Below are positions 35,310 through 45,613 of a stretch of DNA of 64,000 nt, in pieces (the first letter of the stretch is position 1; each line of letters opens with the position of its first letter). This stretch comes from Sedimentisphaeraceae bacterium JB056 (GTDB lineage: Bacteria; Planctomycetota; Phycisphaerae; Sedimentisphaerales; Sedimentisphaeraceae). The notes beneath the pieces were generated by a model that saw only the letters and a program-made list of their open reading frames with translations, made no database searches and was not told the origin of the DNA. The DNA is taken from NCBI GenBank assembly GCA_044440125.1, contig JBITAJ010000012.1:192001-256000 (forward strand). The letters are read 5' to 3'. Both the position numbers and the translations under genes were made by a program.

Positions 35310-36608
35310 ATGAGAGATATCAAAGTCTTTCTATTCGTACTTCTCTTGGTTAATCTGCCTCTTAGTACGACATATGCCGAAGATAATCAGGCAACATGTG
35401 ATAAAAATAAACAAAGTTCTTTGACGTTGAGTTATGCACTTGCCCTTACATTAGAAAATAATCCGGAGCTAAAAGCCTGCTCTATCGAGATAAAGGCGGC
35501 GTGGGCAAGAGAGCTGCAGGCATCGCTTCGTCCAAATCCCGAACTTGAGATAGAGCTGGAGGAGTTTGGCGGCAGCGGTGAGGCTTCGGGTTTTGATTCT
35601 GCCGAAACCAATATTGTATTAAGCCAGCTTATAGAACGCGGCGGCAAATTGGAAAAAAGAAAAAGGGTTGCCTCTATTGACAGAAAGCTTGCCGATCTGG
35701 AATCTCAAAGTAAAAAGCTGGAGATATTCAGTGAAACCTCAAAGGCTTTTGTTGATGTATTGTCTGCTCAGGAGATGGTCAAGCTTTCGAAAGAACTGCT
35801 CAGACTTTCAAAAGAGTCTTACAATGCGGTATCCAAAAGAGTTGATGCCGGCAAGGATTCACCAATAGAAAAAACGAAGGCATCAATAATTCTTGCAAAC
35901 AGCAGGATATCCTATGAACAAAGTCAGAGAAAACTGGAATACGCTCGTAAAAAACTGTGCACTTTCTGGGCTGCCGACAGCTTGGGTTTCAAGGATGTAA
36001 GTGGTGATCTGGGGAATATGGGCAGGCTTATCGCAATGGAAGATGTTGCTGAAAAGCTCCAACTGAATCCTGAATATATCATGCACGTTACGGAAATAAC
36101 GAAACAAAAAGCTATACTTGATCTTGAGCGTTCAAATGCCAAAAGTGATATTACGCTTGGAGCCGGAGTCAAAAGATCAAATGAGACTGATGATAATACC
36201 TTTATGATAGGCATCTCAATACCCCTGCCTATATCGAACAGAAATCAGGGGGCTAAAAAAGAAGCTTTCTACAATCTCCAGAAATCGAGAGAAGAGAAAA
36301 AGGCTGGATTGATGAAGTTGAAGAATGAATTCAACGAAGCTTATCAGGAATATGTCAACTCGTATAATTTAGCATTGTCGCTGAAGAAAGACGTTCTTCC
36401 GGCGTCGGTGGAGATGTATGATCTGACGAAAGAAGCATACGAAGAGGGGAAGGTTGATTATCTTGAGCTTCTTGATGCTCAGCGAACTTTCTTTGAGGTA
36501 AAGAATGAATATGTTGAAACTCTCACTTCATATCATGAATCGAAGATCGAGTTGGAGAGTTATATTTCAAGCACAATACAAACAAAAAATATTTCGGAAA
36601 GCGAGTAG
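35310..36608 (+). CDS. czcC: TolC-family outer-membrane efflux protein (CzcC-like)
   Basis: ALENNPEL, PNPEL, SQLIERGGK, ISIPLP..NRNQG, LELLDAQRT. Confidence 0.88.
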   Translation: MRDIKVFLFVLLLVNLPLSTTYAEDNQATCDKNKQSSLTLSYALALTLENNPELKACSIEIKAAWARELQASLRPNPELEIELEEFGGSGEASGFDSAETNIVLSQLIERGGKLEKRKRVASIDRKLADLESQSKKLEIFSETSKAFVDVLSAQEMVKLSKELLRLSKESYNAVSKRVDAGKDSPIEKTKASIILANSRISYEQSQRKLEYARKKLCTFWAADSLGFKDVSGDLGNMGRLIAMEDVAEKLQLNPEYIMHVTEITKQKAILDLERSNAKSDITLGAGVKRSNETDDNTFMIGISIPLPISNRNQGAKKEAFYNLQKSREEKKAGLMKLKNEFNEAYQEYVNSYNLALSLKKDVLPASVEMYDLTKEAYEEGKVDYLELLDAQRTFFEVKNEYVETLTSYHESKIELESYISSTIQTKNISESE

Positions 36609-36613
36609 ATAAC

Positions 36614-37942
36614 ATGAGAAGTAAAAACATTGCAACTATAATCCTTGTAATACTGACTGCCGGGATTTTTGTATACGTGACAGCAAAAGAAGAAGTTTGC
36701 TCCGGTCACGATCATGAACATGACCAGAGAGTAGTTGAACTTAAAGCAGAAGAAGTTTGTTCCGATGAGCATGATCATGATTCAAAAGAAGGGCACGGAT
36801 TGCACGATGAAGAAGATGGCCACCAAGAGGATTCAGGTCATGAAGGTCATGGCCATGGTGAATCTGAACACGCTGAAAAAATAGTTGAACTGACTGAGAA
36901 ACAAATCGAGCAGATTGGACTTGAAACATCTGTCGCCAAAGGTGGAACGATAGATATAACGACCATGCTAACCGGAGAAATAAATCTTAATGAAGATCGA
37001 ATGGTTCAGGTTGTTCCCAGAGTTGAGGGCATTGTTGTTGCCGTCAATAAGAAACTTGGCGACAAGGTTCATCAAGGTGAAATACTTGCAGTTCTTGAAA
37101 GCAGAGAGCTTGCCGATATGAAGACTGAATATCTTGCGGAGCTTGAAAGATATGAGTTGGCAAAGCTTAGTTTCGAACGTGAGGAGAAGCTATGGAAAGA
37201 TAAGATCTCTTCGCAACAGGAATATCTTGAGATCAGGCAGGCATTTGTCGAAACGAAAATCGCAAAACAATCTGCCGAACAAAAACTTGTTGCGATAGGT
37301 TTTGATAAGTCTTACCTCAAAAAACTTGCAGAAGGTTCCGAGCAGAAACTGACTCGTTTTGAGATCAAGGCTCCGTTTGATGGAGAAGTTATCAGCAAAG
37401 ATATAGTGCTTGGTAAACTTGTCGGAATTGAGAGCGTGGTATATGTAATTGCCGATTTAGATACTGTATGGATAGATCTTCAAGTTTATTCGGGTGATAT
37501 GAATTTTATAAAAGAAGGTCAGAATGTACATGTATTCATTGACGGTCGTGATGTTTCGGTTGAAACTAAAATAGATTATCTCGGGGCGGTTGCTGACGCT
37601 GAGTCTCGCACGATACTGGCTCGTTCGGTAGCTGATAACAGCTCAGGGATTTTTAAGCCGGGACTGTTTGTAACTGCTTCTGCCGCTGTATCTAAAACAG
37701 AAGCGAAAGTTGTTGTCGAGAAGGATGCCGTGCAGTCTATCAATGGAGAAAAGTGTGTGTTCGTAAAGGATGAACATGGATATGAACAGCTTTATGTGGA
37801 GACAGGGGTGCAGGACCATGACAGTGTCGAAATAACTTCCGGGCTTTCAGTGGGACAGGAATATGTAGCTAAAGGTGCATTTGCTCTTAAGTCCAAGATT
37901 GTAACATCAACGCTTGACAGTCACGCCGGACACGGACACTAA
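36614..37942 (+). CDS. czcB: RND periplasmic adaptor subunit (CzcB-like) with His-rich N-terminus
   Basis: PRVEGIV, IKAPFDGEV, IADLDTVW, KPGLFV, GLSVGQ; 12 His near the N-terminus; C-terminal HAGHGH. Confidence 0.9.
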   Translation: MRSKNIATIILVILTAGIFVYVTAKEEVCSGHDHEHDQRVVELKAEEVCSDEHDHDSKEGHGLHDEEDGHQEDSGHEGHGHGESEHAEKIVELTEKQIEQIGLETSVAKGGTIDITTMLTGEINLNEDRMVQVVPRVEGIVVAVNKKLGDKVHQGEILAVLESRELADMKTEYLAELERYELAKLSFEREEKLWKDKISSQQEYLEIRQAFVETKIAKQSAEQKLVAIGFDKSYLKKLAEGSEQKLTRFEIKAPFDGEVISKDIVLGKLVGIESVVYVIADLDTVWIDLQVYSGDMNFIKEGQNVHVFIDGRDVSVETKIDYLGAVADAESRTILARSVADNSSGIFKPGLFVTASAAVSKTEAKVVVEKDAVQSINGEKCVFVKDEHGYEQLYVETGVQDHDSVEITSGLSVGQEYVAKGAFALKSKIVTSTLDSHAGHGH

Positions 37943-37954
37943 GAGGAGAAACTT

Positions 37955-40900
37955 ATGCATAAAAAAATAATAAATATATCATTACATTATCGTTTCTTTG
38001 TGATACTTGCCATATTCGGTATAACCGCTATAGGTATTTATGAATACAAGCAGTTGCCGGTTGACGCATTTCCGGATATCTCACCTACTATGGTTCCGAT
38101 ATTCGCCGAGGCTCACGGCATGGCTCCTGAAGAAGTGGAGCGGCTGATAACATTTCCTATTGAATCGGCAATGAATGGTTTGCCCGATGTCAAGCAGATA
38201 AAATCAACATCTGCTTTTGGGATGGCGGTTGTCTATGTTTATTTCGAAGATGGAACGGATATTTATTTTGCTCGTCAAATTGTTTCCGAACGGCTTAACG
38301 AGGCTCTTTCGAAACTTCCGCAAATGCACGAGGCGCCGACGCTCGGTCCGATATCAACGGGGCTTGGCCAGGTGTTTATCTATTATCTGACGATGAATGA
38401 TTCTGTGGATACTGAAGGCAAAGAGCCGGCGACTTATCTTCGTGAACTCAACGACTGGATTGTGAAGTATCAGTTGCAGACGGTTCCCGGAGTTACGGAT
38501 ATTCTTTCTATCGGTGGACACGTACTTCAGTACCAGATAAAGGTAAATCCTCATTTGTTGAATAAATACCAGATTTCTCTTGAGGAAATAGTGTCGGCGG
38601 TCAACTCGAACAATAAAAACGCGGGTGGTCAATTTGTTGTAGCCGGAAGTGAAGAGCATCTTGTAAGAGGCATCGGGCTCATGGATGATCTTGAAGATAT
38701 ACGCAGTACCCAGATAAAAGTTGTCGGAAGTACTCCGATAAAGATAGCGGATGTCGCCAAAATAGAATACGGCAAAGAGCTTCGCCGAGGTGTGGTTTCA
38801 AGAAATGGTGAGCAGGAAGTTGTTTCAGGTATCGTGATGAAATTGTTTGGAGCAAACACTTCAAAGGTTATCGGTCGTTTGTATGAAAAGATACCGGAAG
38901 TTCAGAATGCACTTCCTGAGGGAGTTGAGCTTGTGCCGTATTATCAGCAGGCCGAGCTTGTCGATCAGGCAACGTGGACAGTTAAAAAAGCCTTGATGCA
39001 GGGGGCTCTGCTCGTGATAGTGGTATTGTTCGTGTTTCTCGGTAATCTGCGTTCGGCTTTTATCGTTTCGCTTGCTTTGCCGCTTTGTGCATTTATCGCC
39101 ATAATACTGATGAGACGAACAGGGATTTCGGCTAACCTTATGTCGCTGGGCGGTATCGCTATTGCTATCGGCATGCTTTGTGATGGTGCGATAGTAATGG
39201 TAGAGAATATTTTCAGGCATCTCAATACCAATGCGAATAATACCATCGCCAATAAAATAGACATTATATATGAAGCGGCTAAGGAAGTATCAAAGCCCAT
39301 AATCTTTTCAATACTAATAATCATTACCGTATTTCTGCCGATATTCACTCTTGGAGAGGTGGAAGGCAAAATGTTTTCGCCTATGGCCTTCACTCTTTGC
39401 TTTGCGATATTGGGATCACTTTTGATAGCAATAATTGCCGCGCCGGCATTATGTACTTATCTTCTCAATGCAAAATCGCACAAGGAATTTGTGCTTGTAA
39501 CTCTTCTTAAAAAGATATACAGGCCGCTTCTTGTTGCCGCGGTCAAGCACAGGAAAATAGTATTGCTTATTGTGGCTGCTGCTTTTGCTGCAAGCTTGCT
39601 TGTTGTTCCTTACCTCGGCACTGAATTCATACCGACGCTTGAAGAAGGGTCGATACTTATAGGTGTTACAATGGCGCCTTCGACATCTCTTGAAAAAGCT
39701 ACCGAGATAGTTCAGTCGCTTGAAAGAGAGGCCGTTAAGTTTGGCGAAGTTGATGAGGTTGTTTCCCGAATCGGGCGACCGGAAGCAGGAAGCCATCCTC
39801 ATCCTGTGAATTATGCGGAGGTTCATATTGAGCTTAAGGAGCGGGACCAGTGGGAGCACTATGAAAACAAACAGCAGATTGTTAATGCACTGAATAAATC
39901 GCTTTCAACATATCCCGGAGTCCAGCTTAATTTTACTCAACCGATACAGAACGCTTTTGATGAACTGCTTTCCGGTATCAAAGCACAGGTTGCGATAAAG
40001 CTTTTCGGAGAAGATCTTGATGTCCTAAGAGATAAATCGACAGAAATACGGAATGCCATAGATAATATTCCAGGTCTTGTCGACTTGGCAGTTGAGCAGA
40101 GTTTTGGTCAGCCTCAGATACAGGTTGTTGCCGACCGACAGGCATGCAGACGTTATGGTGTCAATGTCAATGAGATTCTTGAGATTGTAGAGCTTGCGAT
40201 TGGCGGTGAGGTGATTGATAATATTTATCTCAATACAAGACGATTCGGCATTCACCTTCGTTATCAGCAAGAATACAGGTCAGATATTGAAGCGATAAAA
40301 AAACTGCTTGTGCATTCAGAAAACGGGATGCTTGTGCCGCTTAAAGAAGTTGCGGTTGTCAAAGAAGTGGTCGGTCCCATACAGGTTAACCGCGAAAAAA
40401 ATCAACGCCGCTGGATTGTTCAGGGCAACATTAGGGGCAGAGATCTTGGCGGCGTGATAGCTGATATAAAAGAGAGAATAGAAGAGAAAGTGGAATTGCC
40501 TGCGGGTTACTTTATCGAATACGGCGGACAATTCGAAAACCAGCAAAGGGCAATGACACGGCTTTCTATAATAGTGCCGATAGTTCTTGTACTGATTTTC
40601 CTGCTGCTGTATCTTACATTCGGTTCGATAAAAGAAGCGTTTTTGATAATACTCAATGTTCCGTTGGCACTGGTCGGTGGGATATTCGGGTTGCTGCTGA
40701 TGAAAGAATATCTTTCCGTACCGGCAGCAGTCGGGTTTATCGCTTTATTTGGTATCGCTGTACAGAATGGTGTGGTTCTGGTGAGCTACATCAATCAGCT
40801 TAGAAGAGATGGCATGGATATTGAGAGTGCGATAATCAAGGGGGCTTTGCAGCGATTGAGGCCTGTATTGATGACGGCAACAACAACTGTATTGGGCTTG

Positions 40901-41071
40901 ATGCCTTTGCTTCTCTCAAATGGAATCGGCTCTGAAGTTCAAAGGCCGCTTGCTTCGGTTGTAGTTTTCGGGCTGACTTCGGCTACGATACTTACGCTGT
41001 TCCTCATACCGGCATTTTATCCTTGGTTTGCAGTAAACTTTGATATGGAAAAGAAACAGCTTTCGAAATGA
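37955..41071 (+). CDS. czcA: CusA/CzcA-family heavy-metal efflux RND transporter
   Basis: LPVDAFPDI, PEEVERLITFPIE, NLMSLGG.AIAIGML.DGAIVMVEN, RLRPVLMT, EVQRPLA. Confidence 0.95.
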   Translation: MHKKIINISLHYRFFVILAIFGITAIGIYEYKQLPVDAFPDISPTMVPIFAEAHGMAPEEVERLITFPIESAMNGLPDVKQIKSTSAFGMAVVYVYFEDGTDIYFARQIVSERLNEALSKLPQMHEAPTLGPISTGLGQVFIYYLTMNDSVDTEGKEPATYLRELNDWIVKYQLQTVPGVTDILSIGGHVLQYQIKVNPHLLNKYQISLEEIVSAVNSNNKNAGGQFVVAGSEEHLVRGIGLMDDLEDIRSTQIKVVGSTPIKIADVAKIEYGKELRRGVVSRNGEQEVVSGIVMKLFGANTSKVIGRLYEKIPEVQNALPEGVELVPYYQQAELVDQATWTVKKALMQGALLVIVVLFVFLGNLRSAFIVSLALPLCAFIAIILMRRTGISANLMSLGGIAIAIGMLCDGAIVMVENIFRHLNTNANNTIANKIDIIYEAAKEVSKPIIFSILIIITVFLPIFTLGEVEGKMFSPMAFTLCFAILGSLLIAIIAAPALCTYLLNAKSHKEFVLVTLLKKIYRPLLVAAVKHRKIVLLIVAAAFAASLLVVPYLGTEFIPTLEEGSILIGVTMAPSTSLEKATEIVQSLEREAVKFGEVDEVVSRIGRPEAGSHPHPVNYAEVHIELKERDQWEHYENKQQIVNALNKSLSTYPGVQLNFTQPIQNAFDELLSGIKAQVAIKLFGEDLDVLRDKSTEIRNAIDNIPGLVDLAVEQSFGQPQIQVVADRQACRRYGVNVNEILEIVELAIGGEVIDNIYLNTRRFGIHLRYQQEYRSDIEAIKKLLVHSENGMLVPLKEVAVVKEVVGPIQVNREKNQRRWIVQGNIRGRDLGGVIADIKERIEEKVELPAGYFIEYGGQFENQQRAMTRLSIIVPIVLVLIFLLLYLTFGSIKEAFLIILNVPLALVGGIFGLLLMKEYLSVPAAVGFIALFGIAVQNGVVLVSYINQLRRDGMDIESAIIKGALQRLRPVLMTATTTVLGLMPLLLSNGIGSEVQRPLASVVVFGLTSATILTLFLIPAFYPWFAVNFDMEKKQLSK

Positions 41072-41080
41072 TGATTTAAT

Positions 41081-41119
41081 AAAACCGGCAGACTGATATA
41101 TGATCGTCTGCCGGTTTTT
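41081..41119. terminator. Bidirectional intrinsic terminator
   Basis: aaaaccggcagac / gtctgccggttttt between convergent genes. Confidence 0.85.
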
Positions 41120-41147
41120 AATCTTTCGGGCTTATTGAGTTTTACTT

Positions 41148-42980
41148 TCAGTTTGCTTCAACAACTTTGTCCTCCTGAAGATAGTAAACCTGTTTTCGGC
41201 TGTCTTTTTTTACGGTTACTATTCCGGAATTTTTTGCAGAGCTTATCATAGGACTGTCGAATTGCATCATGCTTGAGAAAGCCAGTTCTTTTTCGTTATA
41301 AGAAGGCGGGGTTGCTCCAGTTATATTCATTGTGAAAACTGCCGGTCTGTTGTTTGCATCGGTTGCTTTATAGACAAGCATGTTGTCCCTGATTCGCCAG
41401 TCATGTTCGGTTATGTATTCAACGAATTTTTCGATGTCTCTGTATTTTGAAGCTGATGAAGTTATTATCACCAGTGGAGACTCTGCTTCTTTGAGTTCAA
41501 AGTGGTTATTGTCTATCCAGTAGTAGCCGCAGTCAGCACCTATCCTGTGGCAGCTCAGCCCCTTTATTGCGGCCCAGGTAGAGCCTTCTTTGAATATAAG
41601 CCAGCCGCCGCGCTCTATCATCGTAGACCGCAGGTTTTCACTGATATGTACTTTGAGGTTCACCTGGTTTTCGTTGGTCTGAAGCTGTTGGAATATCATT
41701 ATGTTTTCGAATCCGATACATTGTACTGGCTTTCTGTGCCGTTCTGCCTCATTTGTTACGAGAATAAATGACCCTCCGTTGAACATCAGACCTGATGTTG
41801 ATTCGTGTAATATCCAATCGGCATATCCCCTTTTGTTGGTATCTGAATAAACATCAATTGATGGGTCGATGAACAGGCCGCCTAAGACATATTCATTTGT
41901 ACAGTAGCTGTATCGTCTTACAAGTCCTTGGTCAGGAAGCAGTCTTTTCAATCCGCTGTCCGTTTTTTCTAATATGGCAGGCCTTTGTGAACGGTATTCA
42001 TAATCATTTTGGCCGCCGTTATCGAGCAGGATGTCCATCACAACATTAGGCATTCGCCATTGAGTAGTGGCTGCTATATATATGTACTCGCTGCCTTCAT
42101 CCTTATACTTACTTCCCTGTGACCAGCCCATGTCGCTGCATACGAATGGCTCGGCTATCTTCTGCAATGAATCTTTGCCTGGTTCATGCAGATTGGCGCA
42201 GCTTCTTGTTCCACAGCGTACGAGTTCAAACTGATCTTGCGACCAGTCCGCAAACATTATGTCGAGCATCAGCATGATACGTTTTTGAAGATGTGTATTA
42301 TCTGTAAGGTCGTATAAATTAAGAAATGATGCTAATACTGATGCCCCGTCATTCCCTGAACAAACTGCCCAGTTCAGGCCATTCATCGATCTCTCAAGGC
42401 AGTATTTCAGTAGATACTCTTCCCACATGCTGAGTTTTTGAGGATAATCATTGTTTTCTGTATCCTTTAGCGTCTGTAAAATAAGATAAAGTGAACAAAT
42501 TCGAGTTATATCTTTCATGCTGTTATCTTTTATCAGCCATACATCCTTTGATAAAGGTTCCAGTTCTTTACCGTAGTGGTTGACATAAGATTTGAATATA
42601 TCGTTTAGTAATTTGGTCGATTTATCGTCAAGATGTTCTGCTCGCTTGGCGAATAAATAATATGACCGCAGCAGCAAAGGCATCCACTTATCATATTTTT
42701 CGAGTTGATAGTCTGATACTTCAGAAAATCCGGTGTAGCCGCCAATTTCTTCAATGGCTTTTTGGAGGGTTTCATTGGCCTTTTCTTTTTCGAGACCAAG
42801 ATAGAACAGCCCGAAGGCATTTTGTATACTGCTGACATCGTCGCTTCTGGCGCTGCTCCGGCAAAGTTGCCGGGCTCCTTGCTCATGCAGCCGTTTACGC
42901 ATTGAAAGCGTACTGTCACTTAAAGAACCAAAAACAAAAGACGCAAAAACCACCCCTGCCAAAATAATCGTCCTGATCAT
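41148..42980 (-). CDS. Secreted divergent paralog of the SENH-family proteins lacking the predicted catalytic motifs
   Basis: Start ATG 42980 (RBS gagg). Shares D.MFADWSQDQ..VR.G.RS, P.VVMDI.LD, Y.Y.T.EYV.G, E.GGW, FDSP...SGIV with 5204..7969. Confidence 0.75.
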   Translation of the reverse strand: MIRTIILAGVVFASFVFGSLSDSTLSMRKRLHEQGARQLCRSSARSDDVSSIQNAFGLFYLGLEKEKANETLQKAIEEIGGYTGFSEVSDYQLEKYDKWMPLLLRSYYLFAKRAEHLDDKSTKLLNDIFKSYVNHYGKELEPLSKDVWLIKDNSMKDITRICSLYLILQTLKDTENNDYPQKLSMWEEYLLKYCLERSMNGLNWAVCSGNDGASVLASFLNLYDLTDNTHLQKRIMLMLDIMFADWSQDQFELVRCGTRSCANLHEPGKDSLQKIAEPFVCSDMGWSQGSKYKDEGSEYIYIAATTQWRMPNVVMDILLDNGGQNDYEYRSQRPAILEKTDSGLKRLLPDQGLVRRYSYCTNEYVLGGLFIDPSIDVYSDTNKRGYADWILHESTSGLMFNGGSFILVTNEAERHRKPVQCIGFENIMIFQQLQTNENQVNLKVHISENLRSTMIERGGWLIFKEGSTWAAIKGLSCHRIGADCGYYWIDNNHFELKEAESPLVIITSSASKYRDIEKFVEYITEHDWRIRDNMLVYKATDANNRPAVFTMNITGATPPSYNEKELAFSSMMQFDSPMISSAKNSGIVTVKKDSRKQVYYLQEDKVVEAN

Positions 42981-43477
42981 AATATCCTCAAATTGCAAAT
43001 CTAAAAGTTCGAATTACCTCAAAAACTAACGCAATTATAACGAAACAAACAAATCATTTCATTAATAAAATTTAAGATTTTACTGATTTATGCTTACTCT
43101 GATTAGATTCTCGACATTATAAGATGGTATCGGTAAGCAAATATTTGCAGTATTTGCCGGCACTTATCTTAAATGCTATGGTATTATTGATAGTAAGACT
43201 TTTGTAGTATTTTTCTGCTTTTTTAGGAGGTTGCCCCGTTGTATTTTGTTTTGATCAATTTTCTTGCAAGTCATTTTGTCTATTAGTTTTATGTCTTTAA
43301 ATTCTCTTGTGGTTTGAGTACGGATTGATACATAAAGTAGCATAACCTACAGTCAAACCGGGACGTTTGTCGGCTTTGGTGATATTCAAACAGACCGCGA
43401 TTCAAAATTTTGTTGTTAAAAGCCTGTTTTTATGTATGATTAATGATTAAGTGTATTTATACGGCGGATCATATATA

Positions 43478-43909
43478 ATGCCTGGTAAGAACATATATAA
43501 CAGCAAATATTATAGATCGAGACAGCAGGATATATCCGATGAGTTTTCGCTCTATGGCAAAGTTGCCGGTTGGATGAGAGTGGCGTTGTTCTTGCTTGTC
43601 TTTATATCCGTGCCGTTATTTTTTATATGTCTGCAGATATATTTTGCGATAGGTGAAAGTTATGTTTATAGTGAGTTTGTAGCCAATTACATACTTATAT
43701 GTATATATTGCCTGCTTATTCCTATATTCATTGCGACTACTTGCCTGATGATGATAAAGCCTATATATACACTGATTTGTGTAGTGTATGTTCTTCTTGT
43801 GGCCGGGCTTAGCTTTTTAATCGCACCGGCGATAATGGAAAAATTGTTTGAATTATTTATATATTTTCTTAATTGGGTTGCTGGAAATATTACTGTAGGT
43901 CCCAAGTAA
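43478..43909 (+). CDS. Hypothetical multi-TM membrane protein
   Basis: About 143 aa with 3-4 hydrophobic segments; directly upstream of the EPS-locus regulator. Confidence 0.55.
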   Translation: MPGKNIYNSKYYRSRQQDISDEFSLYGKVAGWMRVALFLLVFISVPLFFICLQIYFAIGESYVYSEFVANYILICIYCLLIPIFIATTCLMMIKPIYTLICVVYVLLVAGLSFLIAPAIMEKLFELFIYFLNWVAGNITVGPK

Positions 43910-43938
43910 ACTAACGAAAACGGATTTTAGGTAGTTTT

Positions 43939-45561
43939 ATGCAAAAAAAGATACTTGTAGTAGATGATGAACCGGCAAACATCTTTACTCTGCGTTCTAT
44001 GCTGGAACCTCAGGAAGGGTATGTTGTAGACTCCACCGAATCGGGGCTTGAAGCACTCGAGATGATAAAAGTCAACGATTACGATTTGGTATTGCTTGAT
44101 GTGATGATGCCTCAGATTGACGGTTATGAAGTTTGCTCGAGAATGAAGGTTGCCGAACCTGATTTACCGGTAATACTTGTAACAGCTCTTGTTGACAGTG
44201 AGTATCTCAGAAAAGGTTTTGAGGTTGGTGCTATTGACTACATCCGAAAGCCTGTTGATGAGCTTGAGTTGCTGTCGCGAGTCAATAATATACTCAAAAA
44301 TAAAGAGTCTGAGGCGAAGATAAAAGAACTGTATTCGAGCTTGCTTCGAGATCTCGAGGTAGCTTCTCGTATTCAGATGCACATGCTGCCTCCTCATTTC
44401 GTTATTGATAATGATATAAATTACAGCACCGGTTATAGTCCTTCCTCTCAGATCGGCGGAGATATCTTTGATATTATTAAACTGTCAAATGATAAATATT
44501 TTGTCTATATAGGAGACATTTCCGGTCATGGTGCGCAGGCTGCATTGCTTATGAGTGCTATAAAGTCTACGATTCACCTTACTATTGAGGAAAAGAAGGA
44601 TACTATAACACCTGCTCAGTTTATGAATATCCTTAACAGGACTGTTTGTGATCAGCTTTTTGAAAATAACTACATGACTCTTCTTGCGGGTTTTATAGAC
44701 CTCAAAAAGGGTGTTTTCAGATATTTTAATGCCGGCCATCCCCCTATAATTGAATATGATATAGAGAATTGCATTGCAAGAAAATGTAACAGCAATGGTT
44801 CAATACCTGTGGGTTGGCGAGGCAGTATTGAGTATCTCGAAGAGGAAGAGGATGTAATGGATATCAAAGGTAACCATATTTATATGATGTTTACCGATGG
44901 TATCATTGAGTGTAATGATGAGAGCGGCGAGGAGTTTGGACTTGATGGTTTGATTTCCCTGCTTGAAAATGCTATATTGCCTCAGAGCAGTCTTGCCCTG
45001 CCTCAGAAGATAAAAGAATGGCTGACCAGAGCAGGTTTTGAAACTTCGACAGATGATTTTTCGATGCTTGTTTTTGAATCTATGGCTACGGGTTCAAATC
45101 GCTTTGCTTTTGAAGTTCACAAGATGCCGGGAGTTTCCCAAAACAAAAAGGTGTCGAAATATGCAGAAAAGATCTATACACTTGATACTGTAGCTCTTGC
45201 AGGTAGAATAAGTGAGAGGCTTACAATAGAGAAGCTATGGGATAATGAGCTTGCGGCAAAGGTTGAGCTGACCGTTAATGAGTTTCTGACTAACATAATT
45301 GTTCATGGTCTTCCAGGAATGTACAGGCCGATTGTGGTTATGGAGTTGATATTCACTGATAATGAGGCGATGATATGTTTCTATGATAACGGTATTGAGT
45401 GGGAACCTAAGAGCGGCGGTGATATCGAGAATATATTTGAAGACATTGATGGATTTGCCGAGTCAGGCAGAGGTATAGCTATTATAAATTCTATATCAAG
45501 ATCGCTTAGACGTATGAGGCATGATGATATCAATGAGACTATAATAACGCTGACTAAATGA
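43939..45561 (+). CDS. Response regulator: REC - SpoIIE/PP2C phosphatase - RsbW-like Ser kinase (HATPase) fusion
   Basis: ILVVDD/LLDVMMP/YIRKP; IGGDIFD/GDISGHG/FTDGIIE/DDFS; NEFLTNIIVHG/DNG/ESGRGI. Confidence 0.92.
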   Translation: MQKKILVVDDEPANIFTLRSMLEPQEGYVVDSTESGLEALEMIKVNDYDLVLLDVMMPQIDGYEVCSRMKVAEPDLPVILVTALVDSEYLRKGFEVGAIDYIRKPVDELELLSRVNNILKNKESEAKIKELYSSLLRDLEVASRIQMHMLPPHFVIDNDINYSTGYSPSSQIGGDIFDIIKLSNDKYFVYIGDISGHGAQAALLMSAIKSTIHLTIEEKKDTITPAQFMNILNRTVCDQLFENNYMTLLAGFIDLKKGVFRYFNAGHPPIIEYDIENCIARKCNSNGSIPVGWRGSIEYLEEEEDVMDIKGNHIYMMFTDGIIECNDESGEEFGLDGLISLLENAILPQSSLALPQKIKEWLTRAGFETSTDDFSMLVFESMATGSNRFAFEVHKMPGVSQNKKVSKYAEKIYTLDTVALAGRISERLTIEKLWDNELAAKVELTVNEFLTNIIVHGLPGMYRPIVVMELIFTDNEAMICFYDNGIEWEPKSGGDIENIFEDIDGFAESGRGIAIINSISRSLRRMRHDDINETIITLTK

Positions 45562-45613
45562 TGTCTTTTCCGGCAATCTATTTTACCGGTTTCGTGTTGT
45601 AAGGAATATATGG

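Noticed and set aside
43137..43148. 12-bp palindrome gcaaatatttgc in the divergent promoter region of the EPS locus
   Set aside because: Short and AT-rich; several such palindromes are expected by chance in 64 kb.
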